Origin: Rhodospirillales bacterium
GTDB taxonomy: Bacteria; Pseudomonadota; Alphaproteobacteria; Rhodospirillales; SHVU01
NCBI GenBank assembly: GCA_009691105.1
Contig: SHVU01000002.1
Coordinates: forward strand, 24,492 to 88,491
Direction of reading: 5' to 3'
Length of the DNA stretch: 64,000 nucleotides
Shown: positions 31,678-41,117 of the stretch, piece after piece
How the letters are laid out: the number at the start of each line of letters is the position of its first letter
How positions within the stretch are numbered: the stretch's first letter is position 1
Position numbers and translations under genes: made by a program
The notes under the pieces: generated by a model
Told to the model about the DNA's origin: nothing
The model's input: the letters and a program-made list of their open reading frames with translations, nothing else
Database searches by the model: none

Positions 31678-33081
31678 ATGAAGCACGTCGCTTTTTCCGG
31701 TCGGTTGGTCATCGTCGGGTTCGGCAGCATCGGCCAAGGCGTCCTGCCGCTCATCCTGCGCCATATCGACATGGATCCCAGCCGGATCACCATCGTCACG
31801 GCGGAGGAACGGGGCCACGACGTCGCGAACAGGCTCGGCATTCGGTTCGTGCGCCACGCTCTCGACAGGACTAACTATCGCGACGTGTTGACCCCGCTGC
31901 TGAAAGCCGGGGACTTTCTCCTGAACGTTTCGGTCGACGTGTCGTCCATAGCCTTGGCGACGTTCTGCCGCGAAATCCGCGCGCTCTATCTCGATACCTG
32001 TATCGAGCCCTGGGCCGGCGGCTACACCGACCCCAGCCTGTCGCCGTCACGTCGCTCCAACTACGCCCTGCGCGAGAACGCACTGGCGCTCAAAAACTCC
32101 GGTCCGGGGCCGACGGCGGTGATCACCCACGGCGCCAATCCCGGCTTGGTCTCGCATTTCGTGAAGCAAGCCTTGCTCGACGTCGCCCGGGACACAGGCG
32201 GCGATGCCAAGGCGCCGAACGATCGCACCAGCTGGAGTCAGTTGGCGGCACGGCTTGGCGTCAAAGTCATTCACATCGCCGAGCGCGACACGCAGATCTC
32301 GTCGGTTCCGAAAGCGGTCGGCGAATTCGTCAACACCTGGTCGATCGACGGCTTCGTGGGCGAGGGCTGCCAGCCCTCCGAGCTCGGCTGGGGCAGTCAC
32401 GAGGCCCATTGGCCGGTCGACGGCCATCGCCATGACTTCGGCTCCGATAGCGCCATCTATCTGATGCGCCCAGGCGCCAGCCAGCGGGTTCGAACCTGGA
32501 CACCGCTGGAAGGCCCGTTCCACGGTTTCCTCATCACGCACGGCGAGGCGATCTCGATCGCGGATTACTTAACGGTGCGGGACGGCACGACGGTGCGGTA
32601 TCGCCCGACGGTGCACTACGCCTATCACCCCTGCGATGACGCGGTGCTGTCGCTCCACGAAGTCGCCGGCAAGAACTGGCATCTCCAGAAGCGGAAACGC
32701 CTGATGATGGACGAGATCGTCGCCGGCATCGACGAACTCGGCGTCTTGCTGATGGGCCATGCCAAGGGCGCGTATTGGTTCGGTTCTCGCCTGGGCATCG
32801 ACGAGGCCCGCAAGCTCGCGCCCTACAACAACGCCACCAGCCTGCAGGTGACGGTCTCGGTTCTCGCCGGCGTCATCTGGGCGATGGAGAATCCAGATCG
32901 CGGCGTGATGGAACCAGACGCCATGGACTTCGACCGCATCCTGACGATCTGCCGTCCGTACCTCGGCGAGATCGTGGGCGTCTATTCGGACTGGACGCCG
33001 CTGCTCGATCGCGGCCGCCTGTTCCCCGAAGACATTGAAACCCGCGACCCGTGGCAGTTCAAAAACTTCCGCGTCGTCTAA
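31678..33081 (+). CDS. hss: Homospermidine synthase
   Basis: 467 aa from ATG 31678 (AAGGA 8 nt upstream). N-terminal Rossmann VIVGFGSIGQGVLPLILRH. Length and collinear motifs (...THGANPGLVSHFVKQAL..., ...NTWSIDGF...) match bacterial HSS as I recall it. Confidence 0.82.
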   Translation: MKHVAFSGRLVIVGFGSIGQGVLPLILRHIDMDPSRITIVTAEERGHDVANRLGIRFVRHALDRTNYRDVLTPLLKAGDFLLNVSVDVSSIALATFCREIRALYLDTCIEPWAGGYTDPSLSPSRRSNYALRENALALKNSGPGPTAVITHGANPGLVSHFVKQALLDVARDTGGDAKAPNDRTSWSQLAARLGVKVIHIAERDTQISSVPKAVGEFVNTWSIDGFVGEGCQPSELGWGSHEAHWPVDGHRHDFGSDSAIYLMRPGASQRVRTWTPLEGPFHGFLITHGEAISIADYLTVRDGTTVRYRPTVHYAYHPCDDAVLSLHEVAGKNWHLQKRKRLMMDEIVAGIDELGVLLMGHAKGAYWFGSRLGIDEARKLAPYNNATSLQVTVSVLAGVIWAMENPDRGVMEPDAMDFDRILTICRPYLGEIVGVYSDWTPLLDRGRLFPEDIETRDPWQFKNFRVV

Positions 33082-33091
33082 ACGGTCGCGG

Positions 33092-34852
33092 CTACCACCC
33101 GATGGCGTAGCCGGCGCGGCGGTGATCGGAACCGCCGTGACGGACGCCGGTCTTGAGATCGGCCAGCACCGCCGAGACGTTTCCGATTTGCCAGAAGCGG
33201 CTCGGCCACCATTCGACCTTGTGACCCATACGGGCGAGGGCTTCGCCGGTCGGCTTGGCGATCGTCTCCTCGATCTTGAGAAGGCCCGGCTTGTAGTCGT
33301 GGGGCAGGAAGGTTTCGGGGAAGCTGTACGTCGCGAAACGCGGCGCCTCGACCGCGAGCTGCGGGTCCATGCCGAAGACGAAGACGTTCATGAAGGCCTG
33401 CAGCATGGCCTGCATGATGACGTCGGCGCCAGGCGTGCCGAACGGCATCAATTGCTTGCCCGGACGGATGGCGATTGCCGGCGAGCATTGCGTACGAGGC
33501 CGTTTGCCCGGGGCGAGGGCGGCCGGACGATCGTCGACCCAAAACGGCCGTCCCGACATCGAGGTGCCAATGCCGGTACCCGGAACGACGGGACATCCCA
33601 TCAATCCGTCGGTCGGCGTCGCCGAGAACGCGTTGCCGTGACGATCGACGACGGCGATGTACGACGTGGCGAGACTGGATTCGAAATCAGGTGAACGCTT
33701 GCCTTCACCGACGCCGCCCGCGGCGGTCCAAGGTTTGCGACCGCTGATTGCGCCGGCCGGCGGCATCTCGGGCCAGGCCTTGTCGGGACGAATTTGGCTG
33801 GCGCGTTGCTTGCCGTACTCCTTCGAGAGGAGCGTCTCGAGCGGAACGTCCACATGGTTAGGATCGCCGTAATAGGCTTCGCGATCCGAGATCGACAGTT
33901 TGATCGCCTCGGTCAGCGCATGGATGTACGCCGGCGAGTTGTGGCCCATGCTTTCCAAGTCGAGCCCTTCGAGCATGTTGAGGGCTTGGAGCAATGTCGG
34001 CCCCTGGCACCACGGTCCACAGGAATAGACGTCGATATCGCGAAAGCGCGTCGACACCGCCGGTTCGACCGCGACTTTGAAGTTGGCGAGATCGTCGCGC
34101 GTCACGAGACCGCCGTTCTCCTTGTGGAAGTCGGCCATCTTCTTGGCGATGTCGCCGCGATAGAAGGCGTCGCGGACGGCCTGCAGTCCCGCCGCCCGGC
34201 CGCGCTTCGAGGCGGACTTTTCTTCGTCGGCGAGGAATTGCAGGCTGCGACCGAGATCGGACTGAACGAACATCTCGCCGACTTTGAGAGCGCGGCCACC
34301 GGGCATGAATATCTCGGCCGTCTCCGGCCAACGCCCCATGGCGCCGATCCGGACGCTTTCGCCGATCAGTTCGGCGAGGGTCGGGTACATAGGAAAGCCG
34401 TCGCTGGCGAAACGGATCGCGGCCGCGGCGACCTCGGAGAAGGACATCGTTCCAAACTGTTCAAGAGCGGTCACCCAGGCGTCGAGAGCCGCCGGAATGA
34501 CGGCTTCGAGGATGCCGCCGACCTTGATCTGGCCGCCATGATTCTTGATGAAATATTCGCGGGTTGCGGCCTTGGGCCACGTCCCGACGCCGGCCACAAC
34601 CGACATTTCATTGCGATCGGCCCGATACAGGATGATCGGGGCGATGCCGTGGATACCGGTTAATTCGATTTCGACAACATTTGTTACAAGACCGGCCGCG
34701 ACGCCGGCATCGATGGCATTACCGCCGGCTTCAAGGATCGAAAACCCGGCGTGCGCCGACAGATAGTGGCCCGCCGCAATGACATGGCGCGATCCCATGA
34801 CCGTCGGGCGCATGGCCCGCGGCAAGGCTTCCGTAGCTGGCATCGATGACAC
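33092..34852 (-). CDS. ggt: Gamma-glutamyltransferase-family protein (no signal peptide)
   Basis: 586 aa. ...GGNAIDAGVAAG..., putative autoprocessing site ...LATSYIAVVDRHGNAFSATPTDG..., C-terminal ...GGSDHRRAGYAIGW. The N-terminus MSSMPATEALPRAMRPTVMG is not signal-like. Confidence 0.82.
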   Translation of the reverse strand: MSSMPATEALPRAMRPTVMGSRHVIAAGHYLSAHAGFSILEAGGNAIDAGVAAGLVTNVVEIELTGIHGIAPIILYRADRNEMSVVAGVGTWPKAATREYFIKNHGGQIKVGGILEAVIPAALDAWVTALEQFGTMSFSEVAAAAIRFASDGFPMYPTLAELIGESVRIGAMGRWPETAEIFMPGGRALKVGEMFVQSDLGRSLQFLADEEKSASKRGRAAGLQAVRDAFYRGDIAKKMADFHKENGGLVTRDDLANFKVAVEPAVSTRFRDIDVYSCGPWCQGPTLLQALNMLEGLDLESMGHNSPAYIHALTEAIKLSISDREAYYGDPNHVDVPLETLLSKEYGKQRASQIRPDKAWPEMPPAGAISGRKPWTAAGGVGEGKRSPDFESSLATSYIAVVDRHGNAFSATPTDGLMGCPVVPGTGIGTSMSGRPFWVDDRPAALAPGKRPRTQCSPAIAIRPGKQLMPFGTPGADVIMQAMLQAFMNVFVFGMDPQLAVEAPRFATYSFPETFLPHDYKPGLLKIEETIAKPTGEALARMGHKVEWWPSRFWQIGNVSAVLADLKTGVRHGGSDHRRAGYAIGW

Positions 34853-34942
34853 TCCCGACCCTGTTGACTTGTATCGTCCCGATAAGTGAGACTCAGCCAG
34901 GCGCGGAAATCAATGCCGCGCCGTGCATTCTAGGGGGGGCCT

Positions 34943-36499
34943 ATGCGCAGAGTTTACGGAGCACCGCTGGCGATGGCGGTCGTGGTACTGGCCGGTACGG
35001 CCGGCGCCGCCGAACTTCGGTTCGGCATTAAGCAAGAAACGCCGACGATCGATCCGCACTTCTCGACGAATTATCAGGCGGTCTATGTCGGGCGTCATGC
35101 CTTCAATCACCTGATCGAATTCGACGACAAATTGAGCCTCGCCCCCGGTCTTGCCGAATCTTGGCGGGCCGTTGACGACCTCACCTGGGAATTCAAGCTG
35201 CGTCGCGGCGTGAAGTTCCACGACGGCTCGCCGTTTACGGCGGACGACGTGATCTTCAGCATCAACCGGGCCGCTACCATCGAAGCGACATCAAGCTTCA
35301 AGCAGTACCTGGCCGGCAAGGTCGCCACCAAGGTCGACGACTTCACCGTTCGGGTGACGACCAAGGAACCGCAGCCCTTGATGGAAACCGACCTTGCGTC
35401 GTTCGGCATGGTCTCGAAGAAGCATGCCGAAGGCAAGACGACGGCCGATTTCAACTCGGGCGCCGCGACGATCGGCACCGGTCCCTACAAGTTTGTCGAG
35501 TTCAAGACCGGCGATCGCTTGGTCTATGAAGCGAACAAGGACTACTGGGGCCACAAGCCGAAGTGGGACAAGATCACGTTCAAGCCGATCAGCTCGGATC
35601 CGACACGCCTCGCAGCGCTGAAGGCCGGCGACATCGACATCATGGACATCGTTCCGACCCAAGACGTCGGCACGATGAAGAAGGATCCCAACTTCGTCGT
35701 CAGCGAAGGCCCGGGCAACCGCCCTTGGTACCTCTGGCTTGACAGCCGTCGTGACATCGCCCCGGACGTTGTGGACAACGACGGCAAACCGATCCGCAAT
35801 CCGCTTCGCGATTGGAAGGTCCGCCGAGCCATCGCGCTCGCGGTCAACCGCCAGGCTATCGTGGAGCGTGTGTTCGAAGGCTCTGCCGCGCCGACCATGC
35901 AGCTGCTGCCCGACAACTTTTACGGCTTCAACACGGACCTGAAGGTCGAAGCCGCCGATCCGGCGCAGTCCCGCAAGCTTCTGACTGAAGCTGGGTTCCC
36001 GAATGGATTCCGCATGACCCTCCACGGCGGTGCTGGTTCGGCGCCGAACGACGCCAAAGTCCTAGAGGCCTTGGCCCAGATGTTCACCCAGGTGGGCATC
36101 AAGACCGAGGTAAAGTCCTATCCGTCGTCGGTCTTCTTCGACAAGGCCGGCAAGATGGAATTCGGGATCGCGGTCCGTACCTATAGCGTCGCGTCGGGCG
36201 AGCCATCGATCCAGCTCAAGGCCATCGTCCACACCAACAACTGGCCGAACACGGTCTATTGCTGTTCGCCGAGCGGCTACAGCAACCCGGTCACCGATCA
36301 GCTCATCGAAGAAGCTGTCGTTACGGTTGACAAGGCCAAGCGCGAGAAGCTCTTCAAGGACGCGATCGGCATCGCCGTTCGTGACGTCGGCATCATCGGC
36401 GTCTACTTCCAGTACAACAGCTGGGCGTCGCGCAAAGGCTTGAAGTTCGTCACGCGCCTCGACCAGTTCAACCTAGCCGACAACGTCGTCACACAGTAA
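34943..36499 (+). CDS. ABC transporter substrate-binding protein, family 5 (peptide/nickel/glutathione type), orphan
   Basis: 518 aa. Signal peptide MRRVYGAPLAMAVVVLAGTAGAA. ...LAESWRAVDDLTWEFKLRRGVKFHDGSPFTADDVIFS... is typical of family 5. No permease or ATPase genes adjacent. Confidence 0.85.
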   Translation: MRRVYGAPLAMAVVVLAGTAGAAELRFGIKQETPTIDPHFSTNYQAVYVGRHAFNHLIEFDDKLSLAPGLAESWRAVDDLTWEFKLRRGVKFHDGSPFTADDVIFSINRAATIEATSSFKQYLAGKVATKVDDFTVRVTTKEPQPLMETDLASFGMVSKKHAEGKTTADFNSGAATIGTGPYKFVEFKTGDRLVYEANKDYWGHKPKWDKITFKPISSDPTRLAALKAGDIDIMDIVPTQDVGTMKKDPNFVVSEGPGNRPWYLWLDSRRDIAPDVVDNDGKPIRNPLRDWKVRRAIALAVNRQAIVERVFEGSAAPTMQLLPDNFYGFNTDLKVEAADPAQSRKLLTEAGFPNGFRMTLHGGAGSAPNDAKVLEALAQMFTQVGIKTEVKSYPSSVFFDKAGKMEFGIAVRTYSVASGEPSIQLKAIVHTNNWPNTVYCCSPSGYSNPVTDQLIEEAVVTVDKAKREKLFKDAIGIAVRDVGIIGVYFQYNSWASRKGLKFVTRLDQFNLADNVVTQ

Positions 36500-36529
36500 C
36501 CGCGTCGACGATACGGTCTCGCTAATCCT

Positions 36530-36581
36530 GGGCCGGACCCCGGTCTCCTCCCAAAGGTGGGAGGAGACCGGGGTCCGGCCC
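36530..36581 (+). terminator. 52-nt perfect hairpin (24-bp stem, 4-nt loop) between the SBP gene and dnaE
   Basis: GGGCCGGACCCCGGTCTCCTCCCA aagg TGGGAGGAGACCGGGGTCCGGCCC with no mismatch. No U-tract. 31 nt after the SBP stop and 45 nt before the dnaE ATG. Confidence 0.55.
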
Positions 36582-36625
36582 CGACTGTTACTGACAAAGT
36601 GCGGGGCTTGTGGAATCCTTCCGGG

Positions 36626-39600
36626 ATGCCACACGCCACGTTCGTCCATCTCCGCGTCCATTCCGCGTTTTCGCTTCTCGCCGGAATGATGCACGTCGAA
36701 GACGTGGTGGCCCTGGCCCGCGGCGCGAAGATGCCGGCGGTGGCGGTCACCGACACCGACAATCTATTTGGCGCTCTGGAATTCTCTATGGCCGCGGCAC
36801 CGGCGGGCGTTCAGCCGATCATCGGCTGCGACCTCGGCTTCGCCCGTGAAACCGGCGAGGTCCGGGCCTCACGCCCGAACGCCGTCGAGACACCCGCACG
36901 ACTTGTCTTGCTGGTCCAGAATGATACCGGCTATCGGAATCTCCTGAAACTCATCGACATCGCGTACGAGCGCCATCGCGCCGCCGGTCATCCGACGATT
37001 ACGCTCGGCCATCTCACGACCCACAACGAGGGTTTGATCGCGCTGACGGGTTCGGATGGTCCGGTGGGACGGCTCCTGGCGGAGAGCCAGTCGGACGCCG
37101 CCGAACGGATGCTGCTCGATCTCGCCCAAGCCTTGCCGGAGCGGCTCTACATTGAGATTTCCCGTCACGGCATGCCGGCAGAGGCCGCGACCGAGGCACC
37201 GCTCCTCGATTTCGCGTATCGCCATAACCTGCCGCTGGTCGCGACCAACCAGGCGTTTTTTGCCAAGCCCGAGGATTACGAGGCCCACGACGCGCTGCGC
37301 TGCGTCGCCGAAGGCGGATTCGTGTCGCAGGCCGATCGCCGCCGCCTGACTGCCGACTATCGTTTCAGGTCCGCCGACGAAATGCGGAAGCTCTTCGCCG
37401 ATCTACCCGAAGCTATCGACAACACGTTGGTCGTTGCCCAACGTTGCGCGTTCCGGCTCGAACCGCGGCAACCAATTCTGCCGGCGTTCCCGACCACAAG
37501 CGGACGGACCGAGGTCGACGAGCTGAAGGCCCTGGCCGAAGCCGGCCTCGACAAGCGCTTGGTCGATCACGTGTACGGCGAAGGTCTCGCCGCCGACGCG
37601 CGTGAGACCACGGCGCGGCCCTACCGCGAGCGGCTCGAGTACGAACTCTCGATCATTCACCGGATGGGTTTCGACGGCTATTTCCTGATCGTCGCCGATT
37701 TCGTGCGCTGGGCGAAAGGCGAGGGGATTCCGGTCGGCCCCGGCCGTGGTTCCGGCGCCGGTTCGGTAGCGTCCTGGGCGCTTGGGATTACCGATCTCGA
37801 TCCCTTGCGCTTCGGACTGCTGTTCGAGCGCTTCCTGAATCCCGAGCGCGTCTCGATGCCAGACTTCGATATCGACTTCTGCCGCGACCGCCGCGACGAA
37901 GTCATCGGCTACGTCCAGCAGAAGTACGGCGTCGATCGGGTTGCCCAGATCATCACCTTCGGAACCTTGCAAGCCCGCGCCGTGATCCGCGACACCGGGC
38001 GCGTTCTAGAACTTCCCTACGGCCAGGTCGATCGCGTCGCCAAGCTGATCCCGAATAACCCGGCGAACCCGGTCACTCTCGATCAGGCGATCAAGGGCGA
38101 CGCCCAGTTCAAGACTCTGATCGATACCGATCCCGCGGTGGGACGTCTGATCGTCATCGCCAGACCGCTGGAAGGGCTTTACCGCCACGCCTCGACCCAT
38201 GCGGCGGGCGTCGTCATCGGTGACCGGCCGTTGAACGAACTCATCCCGCTTTATCGGGATCCACGCTCCGACATTCTGGTCACCGGCTTCAGCATGAAGT
38301 TCGCCGAGATGGCCGGCCTCGTGAAATTCGACTTCCTCGGATTGAAGACGCTGACGTTGCTGGCCGCCGCCGAGAAGCTTCTCGCCAGCCGCGGCATCCA
38401 CTTCGATCCCTCGCGCTTACCGCTCGACGACAAGCCAACCTTCGAGATGCTGGCGCGAGCTGACTCCACCGGCGTGTTCCAGTTGGAAAGCGCCGGCATG
38501 CGTGACGTCTTGCGACGCCTCAAGCCTGATACGTTCGAGGACATCATCGCCGTCGTGGCGCTGTTCCGCCCGGGCCCGATGGCCAACATCCCGAGCTACA
38601 TCAAGCGTAAGCACGGCGAGGAAGAGCCCGACTATCTCTATCCGACTCTCGAACGAATCCTGAAAGAGACGTTCGGGATTATGATCTACCAAGAGCAGGT
38701 CATGCAGATCGCCCAGGAGCTTGCCGGCTTCAGTCTCGGCAGCGCCGATCTGCTGCGCCGCGCCATGGGCAAAAAGATCAAAGAGGAGATGGAGGAGCAG
38801 CGCGAAGTCTTCGTGTCCGGCGCCGCGGCACGCGGCGTGCCGAAGCAACGGGCCGCACAGATCTTCGAACAGGTCGCCAAATTCGCCGGCTACGGCTTCA
38901 ACAAATCCCACGCCGCGGCCTATGCGCTCGTCGCCTACCAGACGGCGTATTTGAAAGCCAACTATCCGGTCGAGTTCTTCGCCGCCTCGATGACGTCGGA
39001 AATCGGCAATACCGACAAGATCAACGGCTTCCGCCAAGAGCTGTCGCGGCTCGATATCCCGCTGCTCGGGCCGGACGTGAATTTCTCGAACGCGGCGTTC
39101 ACGGTCGGCGAGGACGAGAAGGGGCGTCCCGGTATTCGCTATGGCTTGGCGGCGATCCGCAATCTCGGCGAAGGCGCGGTCGAAACCTTGGTCCAGGAAC
39201 GGACCGCCAATGGGCCGTTCAAGGACATGGTCGACTTCGCGCATCGCCTCGATCCGCACGCCTTCAACAAACGGCAACTCGAAAACTTGGCGCGGGCCGG
39301 CGCGTTCTCCGGCTTCACGTCCAACCGCAAACAAGTCTTCGATTCCATCGATGCGCTCTGGCGCCAAGCCGGGGCCCGCGACCGGGACGCTAAAGCCAGT
39401 CAGATGGGCTTGTTCGGCGCCGCCGAATCCGGGGCGCGTCCGCTTCAATTGGCCGTGACCGAGGATTGGACACCGGTCGAACGGCTGAAACAGGAATTCG
39501 ACGCTCTCGGCTTTTACCTGTCGGCCCATCCGCTCGACGCTTATGAACGGGCGTTGAAGCGTCTGAAGGTTCGCCGCTCCGCCGAGGTCATCGAGGAGGG

Positions 39601-40093
39601 ACGCCCCGGTCCGGTGGTCCTCGCCGGGACCGTGATCGCCAAACGCGAGCGGACGTCGGGACGGGGGAACCGCTACGCCTTCGTCCAGATGTCGGATACA
39701 TCGGGGGCGTTCGAGGTCACGATGTTCTCGGAGCAGCTTTTGGCCTGCCGGGACAGCCTTGAGATCGGAAACTCGCTGCTGGTTCGAGCCAACGCCCAGT
39801 TCGAGGGCGAAGTGGTCCGATTCACGACGATATCGGCGGAACCTTTGCAACGGGTGGCGAGCGACCTGACCCCCGGCGTCGTCATCGCCATCGATACGCC
39901 GGAACCCCTGGCCCGGCTTCGCGACACCATCGGCCCAGCCAATGGAGGGAATGGCGCCTTGGTCAAGTTGCTGTCCCGCCTGGACGAAGGAACCGAGGTC
40001 GAACTGGAGCTTCCCGGGCGTTATCGGATCACCCCAGAAACCCTCCTGGCCCTCAAGGTCATGCCCGGAATCCGCTCCGTCACGGAGCTGTAG
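36626..40093 (+). CDS. dnaE: DNA polymerase III subunit alpha
   Basis: 1155 aa from ATG 36626. PHP domain FVHLRVHSAFSLL, ...GPGRGSGAGSVASWALGITDLDP..., ...FDFLGLKTLT..., C-terminal OB fold. The track start (36557) lies inside the upstream hairpin. Confidence 0.96.
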   Translation: MPHATFVHLRVHSAFSLLAGMMHVEDVVALARGAKMPAVAVTDTDNLFGALEFSMAAAPAGVQPIIGCDLGFARETGEVRASRPNAVETPARLVLLVQNDTGYRNLLKLIDIAYERHRAAGHPTITLGHLTTHNEGLIALTGSDGPVGRLLAESQSDAAERMLLDLAQALPERLYIEISRHGMPAEAATEAPLLDFAYRHNLPLVATNQAFFAKPEDYEAHDALRCVAEGGFVSQADRRRLTADYRFRSADEMRKLFADLPEAIDNTLVVAQRCAFRLEPRQPILPAFPTTSGRTEVDELKALAEAGLDKRLVDHVYGEGLAADARETTARPYRERLEYELSIIHRMGFDGYFLIVADFVRWAKGEGIPVGPGRGSGAGSVASWALGITDLDPLRFGLLFERFLNPERVSMPDFDIDFCRDRRDEVIGYVQQKYGVDRVAQIITFGTLQARAVIRDTGRVLELPYGQVDRVAKLIPNNPANPVTLDQAIKGDAQFKTLIDTDPAVGRLIVIARPLEGLYRHASTHAAGVVIGDRPLNELIPLYRDPRSDILVTGFSMKFAEMAGLVKFDFLGLKTLTLLAAAEKLLASRGIHFDPSRLPLDDKPTFEMLARADSTGVFQLESAGMRDVLRRLKPDTFEDIIAVVALFRPGPMANIPSYIKRKHGEEEPDYLYPTLERILKETFGIMIYQEQVMQIAQELAGFSLGSADLLRRAMGKKIKEEMEEQREVFVSGAAARGVPKQRAAQIFEQVAKFAGYGFNKSHAAAYALVAYQTAYLKANYPVEFFAASMTSEIGNTDKINGFRQELSRLDIPLLGPDVNFSNAAFTVGEDEKGRPGIRYGLAAIRNLGEGAVETLVQERTANGPFKDMVDFAHRLDPHAFNKRQLENLARAGAFSGFTSNRKQVFDSIDALWRQAGARDRDAKASQMGLFGAAESGARPLQLAVTEDWTPVERLKQEFDALGFYLSAHPLDAYERALKRLKVRRSAEVIEEGRPGPVVLAGTVIAKRERTSGRGNRYAFVQMSDTSGAFEVTMFSEQLLACRDSLEIGNSLLVRANAQFEGEVVRFTTISAEPLQRVASDLTPGVVIAIDTPEPLARLRDTIGPANGGNGALVKLLSRLDEGTEVELELPGRYRITPETLLALKVMPGIRSVTEL

Positions 40094-40262
40094 CGGCCTC
40101 TCGGGGCCGAATTCTGTTGCTTATCCCGCCTGGGATGGTTAATTAGCGCCCGTTCAAACCCGCACGCGGGATCGCGGCCCAAGTGTCCCTCATGGACAGC
40201 CGCTCCGGTGCTCAGCCTAGGCTGGGCCATTCCCGCGGAGGTTCAACCGGAGAAGGAAAATC

Positions 40263-41054
40263 ATGGCGCTCCCCACGTTCAGCATGCGTCAGCTCGTCGA
40301 AGCTGGAGTTCATTTCGGTCATCGCACCCGTCGTTGGAATCCGCTGATGTCTCCGTATCTGTTCGGAGTCCGCAACGACATTCACATTATTGATCTTCGC
40401 CAGACCGGGCCGCTCTTGCAGCGCGCCATGGAAGCGATGCGGGACGTGGTCGCCGGCGGCGGCCGGGCCCTGTTCGTCGGCACGAAGCGCCAAGCTTCGG
40501 ACCTGATCGCCCAATCGGCGACGCGTTGCGGCCAGTACTACGTCAACCACCGCTGGCTCGGTGGCATGTTGACCAACTGGCGCACCATTTCGAATTCGAT
40601 CAAGCGCCTCAAGGATCTGGAAGCCCAGATCACCGAAGGCGCGGTCGGTCTCACCAAGAAAGAGCTCCTGCGGCTCACCCGAGAGAGAGACAAGCTCGAC
40701 CGGGCCTTGGGCGGCATCAAGGAGATGGGCGGCCTTCCGGACGTCCTCTTCATCATCGACACCAACCGCGAAGTGAACGCCGTCTTGGAAGCCAAGAAGT
40801 TGGGCATCCCGGTCATCGCGGTCGTCGATAGCAACAGCGACCCGGAAGGCATTGCCTATCCGATCCCGGGTAACGACGACGCCGTCCGCGCCATCGAGAT
40901 GTATCTAGAGTTGATGGCAACGGCGGTGCTCGACGGTATTCAGGTCGAGGTCCAGGCGTCCGGTGGGGATGTCGGCGCGAGCGAACAAGCTCCGGCCGAA
41001 ACCGCAATCGCCGACAAGGACGCAGCCGCAGCCCCGGAGCCGCGCGCTTCCTGA
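40263..41054 (+). CDS. rpsB: 30S ribosomal protein S2
   Basis: [35 protein letters not shown].... GGAGAAGGAAAA precedes the ATG. Acidic/Ala-rich C-terminal tail. Confidence 0.96.
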   Translation: MALPTFSMRQLVEAGVHFGHRTRRWNPLMSPYLFGVRNDIHIIDLRQTGPLLQRAMEAMRDVVAGGGRALFVGTKRQASDLIAQSATRCGQYYVNHRWLGGMLTNWRTISNSIKRLKDLEAQITEGAVGLTKKELLRLTRERDKLDRALGGIKEMGGLPDVLFIIDTNREVNAVLEAKKLGIPVIAVVDSNSDPEGIAYPIPGNDDAVRAIEMYLELMATAVLDGIQVEVQASGGDVGASEQAPAETAIADKDAAAAPEPRAS

Positions 41055-41117
41055 TCTGAAATATCTCTTACTTTCAGGTCATTATAACAACTCTCTGAGA
41101 TCTCTATAGAGGTCACT

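Noticed and set aside
30747-31841. Full 364-aa reading of the minus-strand ORF
   Set aside because: Only the part from ATG 31340 shows the YkgJ cysteine pattern. The upstream 167 codons are Arg/Ser/Pro-rich and run through the divergent intergenic region with the GANTC cluster.
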